NCBI GenBank assembly: GCA_964486935.1 | Contig: CAZAPG010000007.1 | Span: forward strand, 1-40,000 | Direction of reading: 5' to 3' | Source: an uncultured Caldilineaceae bacterium | GTDB taxonomy: Bacteria; Chloroflexota; Anaerolineae; 4572-78; J111 | Length of the DNA stretch: 40,000 nt | Part shown: positions 33,156 to 40,000 of the stretch, in pieces | Layout of the letters: each line of letters opens with the position of its first letter | How positions within the stretch are numbered: position 1 is the first letter of the stretch | Translations under genes and position numbers: made by a program | The notes under the pieces: generated by a model | The model's database searches: none | Seen by the model: the letters and a program-made list of their open reading frames with translations, nothing else | Told to the model about the DNA's origin: nothing

Positions 33156-33601
33156 TGGCAATTTTGAGCAGTAAATCGTTTGAGTTGTCTACCCCGCAAA
33201 CGCGGGCCAGGAAGGGGCCGCTGGTACGGGTGGAAATTTCGCCGGGCCGGTATGTGAAGATGCATGAGACGGACGCTGTGGCCCGGGGGTACATCAAGGC
33301 CAGGCCGCCGGCAGGCGATAAGGTGCTCAAGCCGGCCGGGGATAAAACGGTTCAGGGGTCGGGGTTCAGGGTTCAGGGTTCGGAGATCGGGGTTCAGGGT
33401 TCGGGTGATGAGTCGCAAAACTCTGAACCAAAAGATGATTTTACGATCATTGCCGGCGTAGGGCCGGCAACGGCCAGGGCCTTGCAGGCGCGGGGGATCG
33501 TCACATTCGAGCAGCTTCGCCAGGCCGGGGCCCTGGATTATGTGTCTGCGCAAGCGATGCAGGCCATCGAACAGTGGAGAAACCCTGATGAAGCCGATTG
33601 A
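33155..33601 (+). CDS. Hypothetical protein with a C-terminal helix-hairpin-helix motif
   Basis: GTG start with AAGGAGG 7 nt upstream. DDFTIIAGVGPATARALQARGIVTFEQL. Contains the heptamer array. Confidence 0.6.
   Translation: MAILSSKSFELSTPQTRARKGPLVRVEISPGRYVKMHETDAVARGYIKARPPAGDKVLKPAGDKTVQGSGFRVQGSEIGVQGSGDESQNSEPKDDFTIIAGVGPATARALQARGIVTFEQLRQAGALDYVSAQAMQAIEQWRNPDEAD
33211..33265. repeat. Direct repeat copy 2, encodes GPLVRVEISPGRYVKMH
   Basis: See copy 1. Confidence 0.75.
33349..33404. repeat. Tandem heptanucleotide repeat GGTTCAG/GGTTCGG x8 inside a phage ORF
   Basis: GGTTCAG GGGTCGG GGTTCAG GGTTCAG GGTTCGG AGATCGG GGTTCAG GGTTCGG. Translated as VQGSGFRVQGSEIGVQGSG. Confidence 0.85.
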
Positions 33602-33899
33602 CCACCAATTTACCAATGTAACCCTCAACGCCCCGGCCGGCCAGGAAGATGAGATTTTGCCCCTGCGGGTCTGGACCGATGGGGAGCAGTGTATCTCTTG
33701 CTGGCAGATGGGGTGGCGCGAGCGGCTATCCGCGCTGGTATTTGGGCGGGTATGGCTGTCGGTTTTGAGCGGGCGCACCCAGCCACCGGTCTGGTTGATG
33801 GCGACGCGGGAAGCGTTGAAAGAAGCTCATCAAACTTCGCAGGAGAAGAAATGGCTAACTTTGCTACGGTTGAGGACATCGAGGCTTTTCTCCAGATAG
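33588..33899 (+). CDS. Hypothetical protein (103 aa)
   Basis: ATG 33588 overlaps the upstream stop. The 3' end overlaps the next gene by 49 nt, so the true end and reality of this ORF are uncertain. Confidence 0.45.
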   Translation: MKPIDHQFTNVTLNAPAGQEDEILPLRVWTDGEQCISCWQMGWRERLSALVFGRVWLSVLSGRTQPPVWLMATREALKEAHQTSQEKKWLTLLRLRTSRLFSR

Positions 33900-34462
33900 A
33901 AATCTCGACGGTGGAGCAAGTTGACTCGGCGCAGCGGGCGCTGACGGAGGTGACGGCGGCCATTCGCAATTATTGCCACCAGTTTCTGGAGAAAGTCGAG
34001 GATGAGACAATCAACCTCGACTCGACGGGTGGGGCGCGGCTGTTCTTGCCGGAGTTGCCGGTCATTGAGGTCTCCGTCGTCATCGAGGATGGTCAGGCGC
34101 TGGCGGTAGATGACGATTACAAATTGGGGCAGTACGGCATTTTGCACCGCGTGGGCCGCAAATGGGCCAGCGGCGTGCAAGTCATCGCCATCACCTACTC
34201 GCACGGCTACGAGCCGATTCCGGATGAAATCATCGCCGTGGCTACCCGGGCAGCGGCCAGGGGCTACCAGGCCGGGTTGCGGGCGGCAAACGACGACGCG
34301 GTGGTGGGGGTGCAGGCCAAATCGCTGGGTGATTTCTCGGTGAGTTATGGCAGCGAGCACGGCGGCGGCAGCGGCGAGGGCGTGATGGGAGCCTCGGCGG
34401 CAAGGATGTTGTTGATGAGCGAGAAGGATATGCTCGACAAGTATCGGATTAAGCGAGCGTAA
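33851..34462 (+). CDS. Head-tail connector (gp6-like adaptor)
   Basis: AGGAGAAG lies upstream of ATG 33851. N-terminal FATVEDIEAFLQIE...QRALTEVTAAIRNYC helix pair. Position is consistent. Confidence 0.7.
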   Translation: MANFATVEDIEAFLQIEISTVEQVDSAQRALTEVTAAIRNYCHQFLEKVEDETINLDSTGGARLFLPELPVIEVSVVIEDGQALAVDDDYKLGQYGILHRVGRKWASGVQVIAITYSHGYEPIPDEIIAVATRAAARGYQAGLRAANDDAVVGVQAKSLGDFSVSYGSEHGGGSGEGVMGASAARMLLMSEKDMLDKYRIKRA

Positions 34463-34463
34463 A

Positions 34464-34814
34464 ATGACTGTTTTTCAAAGCTTGCTCAATCATGAATTTA
34501 CCATTTCGCGGCGCAGGCGTAGCCCGGATGGGCGGGGCGGCTGGGCGATTGATTACGCAGAGATCGGGACGGCGCGGGGGCGCATCCGGCCAGCATCGAG
34601 CCGGGAGCGGGAGGCGGCCCGGCAAGAGGAACGGGAGATTACCCACGTGCTCTACGTGGCGGCGGGGACGGACATTCGCCGCGGCGACCAGGTAGACCTG
34701 GGAGATTTGTCGGTCGAGGTTCAGGCCGTCCGCGAGCCATCGCAGGCCGGGGAACACCTGGAGGTTGATTGCCGGGAACGGCAGCCGGAGGCGTCGCTGG
34801 AAGAGGGTAGTTAG
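34464..34814 (+). CDS. Head-closure / head-tail adaptor protein (HK97 gp9-like)
   Basis: GRGGWAIDYAEIGTARGRIRPASSRE...THVLYV...IRRGDQV pattern. Confidence 0.7.
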   Translation: MTVFQSLLNHEFTISRRRRSPDGRGGWAIDYAEIGTARGRIRPASSREREAARQEEREITHVLYVAAGTDIRRGDQVDLGDLSVEVQAVREPSQAGEHLEVDCRERQPEASLEEGS

Positions 34815-35180
34815 GTGTCAAACATCAAATCGTGGTCGCCGGAGCAGTTGAAAAAGAAAATTATGGACGACCTGGTAGCCAACGGCGAGATTGCCGGCAA
34901 GTTTGTAGAGACGGACGCCCGGCGGCGGCTGGTGTCCATTAAAGAGCCGGAATGGGGCGCGGGATATCGCCAGAAATTGGTGGCCCGGTTGCTGCGCAAC
35001 GAGGTGGAGCGCGGGTTTAATGAGGTGGTAATCAGGGTTGGCGTGGCGGTGAGCAACGAGGCCCGACATCACGGATTTTACATCGAGATGGGCAGTTCGA
35101 CCGCCCCGGCGCAGCCGTTCTTGCGTCCGGCGGTATTTGAGAACGGCCGCAAAATTGTAGCGTTGTTGGCGGGTAAATGA
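34815..35180 (+). CDS. HK97 gp10-family tail-component protein
   Basis: HHGFYIEMGSSTAPAQPFLRPA signature. GTG start directly after the upstream stop. Confidence 0.8.
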   Translation: MSNIKSWSPEQLKKKIMDDLVANGEIAGKFVETDARRRLVSIKEPEWGAGYRQKLVARLLRNEVERGFNEVVIRVGVAVSNEARHHGFYIEMGSSTAPAQPFLRPAVFENGRKIVALLAGK

Positions 35181-35590
35181 GCATCTTGACAGCAGCAATC
35201 TACGACAAGCTGGCCGGCGACACGACGCTGGTCGATTTGCTATCTACCTACAAGGGCAGCCCGGCCATTTTTACCACCGACCCGGCGCCGGGGGACGCGA
35301 CGCTGCCCTTTATTGTGACCGCCGGCGAGGTGAGCCAGGCGCCGTTTGATACCAAGACGACGCGCGGGCGGGATTTGATCAGGGATGTGCGCTGTTACGC
35401 GGCGGCGGACGGGAGCGCGGTGGTCATCGAGGCGATTGCGGAGCGGGTGCGGGCGCTGCTGCACCGGCAGCCGCTCAACATCAACGGCTTCAAATGGATT
35501 TTATCCAATGTATCCGGCCCGATTGTGGCCGATGAACGCGACGTGTACGGTCGAGTTATCAGCGTGAGCCTGATAGCCACAGAATTATAA
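35177..35590 (+). CDS. Tail completion/terminator protein (DUF3168-like)
   Basis: MSILTAAIYDKLAGDTTLVDLL...PFIV N-terminal pattern. Position is immediately before the tail tube gene. Confidence 0.7.
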   Translation: MSILTAAIYDKLAGDTTLVDLLSTYKGSPAIFTTDPAPGDATLPFIVTAGEVSQAPFDTKTTRGRDLIRDVRCYAAADGSAVVIEAIAERVRALLHRQPLNINGFKWILSNVSGPIVADERDVYGRVISVSLIATEL

Positions 35591-35621
35591 ACAATGAATT
35601 TTAGTTTCAGGAGGCGTAAAA

Positions 35622-36029
35622 ATGGGAATGAGTGGCACTAATTTATTGCTGTTGGCCAACACCGGCACGGCTGAAACGCCGGTGTACGAGGCGGTTGGCA
35701 GCCAGCGAGACGCGACGATAGAGGAAAGCTCGGACACGATTGACATCTCGAACAAGAGCAGCCGGGCGCAGCGGGTTTTGCCGGGCCGGTTTTCAGGTTC
35801 GATATCGCTGGACGCGCTGTACGTGCCCAACGACGCGGCCTACCTGGCCCTGCGGAAAGCAAACAGAGATGGCGAGCTAATCCTGGTGGCGCGCGAGCTG
35901 GAGGGCGTGGTGCAGGAGATTGTGAGCGCCAAAATAGACTCGATATCCGAGGCGTTCCCGGACCAATCGGAGGCAACGATCAGCGTATCGCTGACGATTG
36001 ACGGCTTCTGGCAGGAGGTTGGCAGTTAA
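35622..36029 (+). CDS. Major tail (tube) protein, TP901-1/phi13-like
   Basis: CAGGAGG RBS. GTNLLLLANTGTAETPVYEAVGSQRDATIEESSDTIDISNKSS. Confidence 0.75.
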   Translation: MGMSGTNLLLLANTGTAETPVYEAVGSQRDATIEESSDTIDISNKSSRAQRVLPGRFSGSISLDALYVPNDAAYLALRKANRDGELILVARELEGVVQEIVSAKIDSISEAFPDQSEATISVSLTIDGFWQEVGS

Positions 36030-36421
36030 TGGCCGGCGCGCGAGGCGAAGGGATTATCGAGGCCGGCGGGCGGGAGGTGCGGGTTTTGTTTACCAACCGG
36101 GCGCTGGCGGACTTTGAGCGACAGACCGAGAAATCAATCATCGGCGCGACGCAGGGGTTTTTGGACGGCCGCTCCGGAATGACCGAACTGGCGCACCTGC
36201 TGCGGGCCGGCATGGAGGCGGCCCGGCGCGACGCGCGAGAGCCGGGCCGGGTCATCCATCTGAAAGAAGCCTACCAGGTGCTGGACCAGGTCGGCTTTGG
36301 GGCGGTGATGCAGGTGGTGCTGGAGGCGGTATCGGCGGTGCTGGGCTACAACGCCGAGAACGAGGATGAGAGCGCCCAGGACGAAAGCGAAAAAAACGCA
36401 AACAGCGCCTCGGGGAATTAG
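36029..36421 (+). CDS. Tail assembly chaperone (gpG analogue)
   Basis: Lies between the tube and tape-measure genes. Acidic C-terminus. TAATG overlap with the tube gene. Confidence 0.75.
   Translation: MAGARGEGIIEAGGREVRVLFTNRALADFERQTEKSIIGATQGFLDGRSGMTELAHLLRAGMEAARRDAREPGRVIHLKEAYQVLDQVGFGAVMQVVLEAVSAVLGYNAENEDESAQDESEKNANSASGN
36391..36397 (+). other. Candidate -1 programmed frameshift slippery heptamer A AAA AAC
   Basis: In the zero frame it reads gaA AAA AAC. The -1 frame is open from 36370 and runs into ORF 36436..36753. Confidence 0.6.
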
Positions 36422-36753
36422 ACCTCGAGGCGCTATTGCAGCAGGCGCTCCGCAGTGGGCTGGCCGTGGCGGAATTTTGGGAGATGACGCCGCGGGAAAC
36501 ATACATGGCCATCGAGGCGGCCGGCTGGCGCGAAAATCAACGCTTACGGCAGCGGATGTCGATGGCCTGGCTGACGGCGGCGCTGGGCCGACAGAAACGT
36601 ATGCCATCGTTGAAATCGCTGCTGGCGCGATCCAAACCGGCGCGGAAGTTGAGCGGCCAGGAGCTGCGCCGGCGGCGGCAAGAGTTTGGCGAGATGGCCA
36701 CGGCGGAGAATGTTAAACGAATTAATGAGCAGGCGGCAAAGGCTAGTAAATGA
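36397..36753 (+). CDS. gpT-like extension of the tail chaperone, expressed as a G-T fusion by -1 frameshift
   Basis: The -1 frame relative to 36029..36421 has no stop from 36370 to 36753. It has no independent ATG or RBS (the track start is TTG 36436). It ends with an ATGA overlap into the tape measure gene. Confidence 0.65.
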   Translation, partial: RKQRLGELDLEALLQQALRSGLAVAEFWEMTPRETYMAIEAAGWRENQRLRQRMSMAWLTAALGRQKRMPSLKSLLARSKPARKLSGQELRRRRQEFGEMATAENVKRINEQAAKASK

Positions 36754-39017
36754 GTAGCCAATTAGGTGAGGCGTTTGTCCCCATCCGGGCGACGCTGGAC
36801 AAATTAGACGGCGATTTGAAGCAGGCGCGCTCTAAGATAGAGGGCGCACTGGGCGCCGTGAGCGCCAATGTGCAGAAAATTGGCGGCCTGGCGCTGACCG
36901 GGGCTGCGGCCGGTATTCTGGGGATTGGAGCGGCGGCGGTAGCGGCGGGGACGGCTAGCCTGTCAGCATTTATTCCATTTGAGCAGCAAATGAATGAGGT
37001 GTTCACGTTGTTGCCCGGCATCTCTAAAGATGCAATGGACGAGATGACCGACCAGGTGATAGGATTTTCCAAAGAGTTTGGCGCGCTACCTAACGAGGTT
37101 GTTCCCGCGCTATACCAATCTATTTCAGCTGGCGTGCCGGCCGATAATGTTTTTAGCTTTCTCGAAACGGCGCAGAAAGCCGCAATTGGCGGCGTGACTG
37201 AACTAGAGACGGCGGTGGACGGCATTAGCTCGGTGGTGAACGCCTATGGCGCAGACGTGATTGACGCGGCCAGGGCCAGCGATCTGATGTTCACCGCCGT
37301 CAAACTCGGCAAAACCGATTTTGAACAATTGTCCGGCTCTTTGTTTAACGTGATTCCCACGGCCGCATCGCTGGGGGTTGAATTTGGCGATGTGACTGCG
37401 GCTCTGGCCTCGCTGACGGCTCAGGGGACGCCGACCAGTGTAGCCACAACACAGATGCGCCAGCTTTTTGTGGAGTTGTCGAAATCGGGCGGAGAGGCCG
37501 CGCAGATTTTTGAAGAAATGGCCGGCGTCACATTTAAGGAATTTATTGCCCAGGGCGGCAACACGGCGGACGCCCTGGCGATTATGGAGCAGGCAGCGCA
37601 GGCATCGGGTATAGGTATTAACGATTTATTCAGCAGCGTCGAGGCCGGCAACGCGGCCCTGGGTTTGACCGGGAAAGGATCGGAGACATACGCTGCCAAC
37701 CTGGACGCGATGGCCAACAGCGCGGGGGCGACCGATACCGCTTTTGAGACAATGGACAAGGGCCTGGGCCGCGCCATCGAGCGGCTGAAGGCGTTTGGTT
37801 CCACGGCGCTATTGCAAGTTGGCGACTCGCTTGGCGGGTTAGCGGGCAAAGTTTTAAATGTTGCCGAGGGCGCGCTGCCAAAAATCCAGGAGGTTTTGGA
37901 TACCTATGTTACGCCGGCGGTGGAAACAGTCACCGGCGTGATCGGGTCGTTTATCACCAATCTCCAGGAAGGCCAAGCTCCCCTGGACGCCTTTATCGGG
38001 GCCATCGAGGGTTTGGCCCCGCCGGGGGTGGTGGATTTTCTGGTCTCGCTGCGCGACGAGATATTACCGGGGCTATCGGCCTGGTTTGCAGAGAACGTGC
38101 AGCCCATTGTGGATATGGCGACCGAGTTCGTTAGCTGGAAGGATATTTTAATTGCCCTGGGGATTGCCATTGCCGCGGTGGTGCTGCCGGCGCTGTACGG
38201 CATTGTAACGGCGGCGGCGCCGGTGATTGCGACGGGCCTGGCCCTGGTGGCGATTATCTCTCTGGCCCGGAACGCCTGGGAGAACGACTGGGGGGGTATC
38301 CGCAGCGCGGTAGCCGGGGCGATTGACGACCTACAACCCTACTGGGAGCGGCTTAAAGAGGCGCTGAACGAATTTTGGCAGGAGCTGGTGCCGGCGCTGC
38401 AAGAGGTGTGGCAAACGCTGGTAGATGTGTGGCAAAGCGAGTTGCAGCCGGCTCTTTCCGATTTGTGGACCGCCTTGCAAGATTTGTTTGAGGCGCTAGG
38501 GTTTGGTGTGGAAGATACGGATTATTTGTCGGCGGCCCTGGGGTTTCTGAAAATAGCCCTGGCCTTTGTGCTGTTTTACATTGATATGCTTTCGCCAACC
38601 CTTGAATTTTTTGCGGGCCGGATCAAGAACAGCATTGATCAGGTCAAGATGCTCGTAGAATTTTTGACCAGCCTGAAGCGAGCCGTAGACGCGGCGATTG
38701 AGCCATTCAAACGGCTGGCAGGGAAGATTGGGGATTTGATAGAGCGGGCCACCGGCCTGCCGGATTGGCTGATACCGGGCAGCCCGACGCCGTTTGAGCG
38801 CGGACTGCGGGGGATTGGCCAGGCGATCAACGCTATGCCGGATTTGGAGTTCAATATCCCCAATTTCTCCCCGGGAGAAGAGACCCTGGCGGCAGCGGGG
38901 GCAGGCGGCCCGATCGGGCCGGTTGAAATTCGCATCGATGGGGCGCGCGAGCCGCAGGCGGTGGCCCGGGCGGTGCGGACCGAGCTCGAGCGGCTGTTCG
39001 GCCAGGCTCGCGGGTAA
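36750..39017 (+). CDS. Tail tape measure protein (755 aa)
   Basis: AAIGGVTELETAVDGISSVVNAYG core motif, Gly/Ala-rich hydrophobic segments, Trp-periodic helical repeats. Position is consistent. Confidence 0.9.
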   Translation: MSSQLGEAFVPIRATLDKLDGDLKQARSKIEGALGAVSANVQKIGGLALTGAAAGILGIGAAAVAAGTASLSAFIPFEQQMNEVFTLLPGISKDAMDEMTDQVIGFSKEFGALPNEVVPALYQSISAGVPADNVFSFLETAQKAAIGGVTELETAVDGISSVVNAYGADVIDAARASDLMFTAVKLGKTDFEQLSGSLFNVIPTAASLGVEFGDVTAALASLTAQGTPTSVATTQMRQLFVELSKSGGEAAQIFEEMAGVTFKEFIAQGGNTADALAIMEQAAQASGIGINDLFSSVEAGNAALGLTGKGSETYAANLDAMANSAGATDTAFETMDKGLGRAIERLKAFGSTALLQVGDSLGGLAGKVLNVAEGALPKIQEVLDTYVTPAVETVTGVIGSFITNLQEGQAPLDAFIGAIEGLAPPGVVDFLVSLRDEILPGLSAWFAENVQPIVDMATEFVSWKDILIALGIAIAAVVLPALYGIVTAAAPVIATGLALVAIISLARNAWENDWGGIRSAVAGAIDDLQPYWERLKEALNEFWQELVPALQEVWQTLVDVWQSELQPALSDLWTALQDLFEALGFGVEDTDYLSAALGFLKIALAFVLFYIDMLSPTLEFFAGRIKNSIDQVKMLVEFLTSLKRAVDAAIEPFKRLAGKIGDLIERATGLPDWLIPGSPTPFERGLRGIGQAINAMPDLEFNIPNFSPGEETLAAAGAGGPIGPVEIRIDGAREPQAVARAVRTELERLFGQARG

Positions 39018-39021
39018 CAGG

Positions 39022-39387
39022 ATGAGCTATATTACTCTGGATGGGAAGCGGTACCACACGGTTTCGCTGGAGAGCCGGCGCAAAAAGAGCCAGTCTACGG
39101 GGGTAAGCCTCAGCGGCAAAACGCTCTCGCAAACCTTCGCTTTTACGGATATGGCGTTTGTGGCCAAATTGCGGGTTTACCACAACGAGAGCGACCCCAA
39201 TTACGGCGACCTGGACGACCTGCGGGCGGCTTACGCGCAGGTTTACGTGCCCTTTGTGGACCTGGCCGGCTCGCCGTCTATTGACGTATTTATTGAGGGG
39301 GAATTGCCGGAGATGGATGATTTGAACCGGTCGCACCCCGGCGCGCCGCTGGAGATAACCCTGGCGCTGCGGAAACGGCAGGTGTAG
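39022..39387 (+). CDS. Small tail-associated protein (121 aa)
   Basis: ATG 39022 lies 5 nt after the tape-measure stop. The call rests on position only. Confidence 0.55.
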   Translation: MSYITLDGKRYHTVSLESRRKKSQSTGVSLSGKTLSQTFAFTDMAFVAKLRVYHNESDPNYGDLDDLRAAYAQVYVPFVDLAGSPSIDVFIEGELPEMDDLNRSHPGAPLEITLALRKRQV

Positions 39388-40000
39388 ATGGCGCGGACAT
39401 TGAGCGCGGCCTTGACCGCTGAAATGAATAGCCTGGAGCGGACGCCCTACGGCGAGCTGACAGCGGAGCGATGGCTGCCCAAGTGGACGGCCCGGATTAG
39501 CGGGCTGTCCGGCGGCAAGCTGGAGCAGTACGCTCACGGCCACGCGGCGGCCGTGGCCGCAGACGCCAACGGCGCCGGCGAAGATATCCTCTTTAGAGCC
39601 AGGTCGGGCAGCTTTGCCAACCCCCAGGATGGAAAATTGTATATCAGCATTGTGAAGGGCGCGGACCTGGCCGCCCCGGCCACGTGGGATGGTTTGTGGA
39701 CGGACACGGGCGTAACCGGCCTGATGCACCCGGCCTGGAGCAACAACAGCGGGGCGGCCTATGGCGGCTCGATAGCGGCGGCGGTCTGGAACAACGCCGG
39801 CACGTGGACGGGCCGCGTTTTTTATATTGTGGCCTCGACCGGCGCTTTGGTACACCGGGATTACAACCTGGCCACCGGCGCGGCTATTGGCGGGGCGACC
39901 ACGATTGCCACCCTGGGCGCGGGCAATTTGGCCAGCATGCAGATTGGGGCCTGCAAACAGGATGAGATATTTGCGCTGTTCACCGGCCAGGTAGAGGCCA
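39388..40000 (+). CDS. Tail/baseplate-region protein, N-terminal 204 codons (3' end outside the window)
   Basis: ATG 39388 directly follows TAG 39385-87. I translated the frame by hand and it stays open to nt 40000 (MARTLSAALTAEMNSLERTPYGEL...). It is absent from the ORF track because it has no stop in the window. Confidence 0.65.
   Translation, partial: MARTLSAALTAEMNSLERTPYGELTAERWLPKWTARISGLSGGKLEQYAHGHAAAVAADANGAGEDILFRARSGSFANPQDGKLYISIVKGADLAAPATWDGLWTDTGVTGLMHPAWSNNSGAAYGGSIAAAVWNNAGTWTGRVFYIVASTGALVHRDYNLATGAAIGGATTIATLGAGNLASMQIGACKQDEIFALFTGQVEA

Larger units (their letters stand above)
18925..40000. mobile_element. Integrated HK97-like siphovirus prophage, left ~21 kb (right end outside the window)
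   Basis: Integrase next to the tRNA, then HNH, terS, terL, portal, protease, capsid, connectors, tail tube, G/GT chaperones and tape measure. All are co-oriented with overlapping stop/start codons. Confidence 0.85.

Noticed and set aside
33095-33778. 227-aa minus-strand ORF
   Set aside because: It is antisense to three coupled plus-strand genes and has no RBS. Part of it is encoded by the reverse complement of the heptamer array.
38851-39855. 334-aa ORF on the minus strand
   Set aside because: It is antisense to the tape-measure 3' end and two tightly coupled plus-strand tail genes. The translation is low-complexity and Arg/Pro/Gly-rich, with no RBS. This is a typical shadow ORF of GC-rich DNA.

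Overview
The window has two parts. All family calls come from motifs read by eye; no database search or RNA folding was run.

**Part 1, nt 1-18,924: chromosomal backbone of a GC-rich (roughly 60%) bacterium with GGAGG-type ribosome-binding sites.**
- Plus strand: the 3' part of ileS, three exported or small proteins (one a YHYH-domain lipoprotein), a Hanks Ser/Thr kinase, and an OmpR-type two-component pair.
- Minus strand: a long run of genes (16341 down to 7705) that includes a YitJ-type homocysteine-methyltransferase/MTHFR fusion, a tandem DinB protein, an AhpD/CMD-like gene, a GNAT, an arginase-family enzyme, OsmC and DUF445.
- Then two family-1 glycosyltransferases and a tRNA-Cys(GCA).

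**Part 2, nt ~18,925 to beyond 40,000: the left ~21 kb of an integrated HK97-like siphovirus prophage.**
- Gene order: integrase, a very small early region, HNH, terS, terL, a portal fused to a MuF-like domain, protease, major capsid, connector and tail genes, tape measure.
- It runs off the right edge of the window.

**Most interesting signals**
1. A ~3.4-kb cassette sits inside the virion structural operon, between the capsid and connector genes. It carries a GT-B glycosyltransferase, a GT-A glycosyltransferase, a SAM methyltransferase, a DxD-less GT-A paralogue and a helix-hairpin-helix (HhH) protein.
2. The AhpD/CMD-like gene has an in-frame TGA exactly where the second Cys of its CxxC redox motif is expected. 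It is either a selenoprotein candidate or a pseudogene.
3. Tandem heptanucleotide arrays occur inside ileS, between the two host glycosyltransferases as an inverted pair, and inside a phage ORF.
4. The prophage early region has a consensus promoter followed by a strong terminator, forming a ~55-nt transcription unit.
5. A second, short tyrosine recombinase is preceded by a perfect 12-4-12 palindrome.
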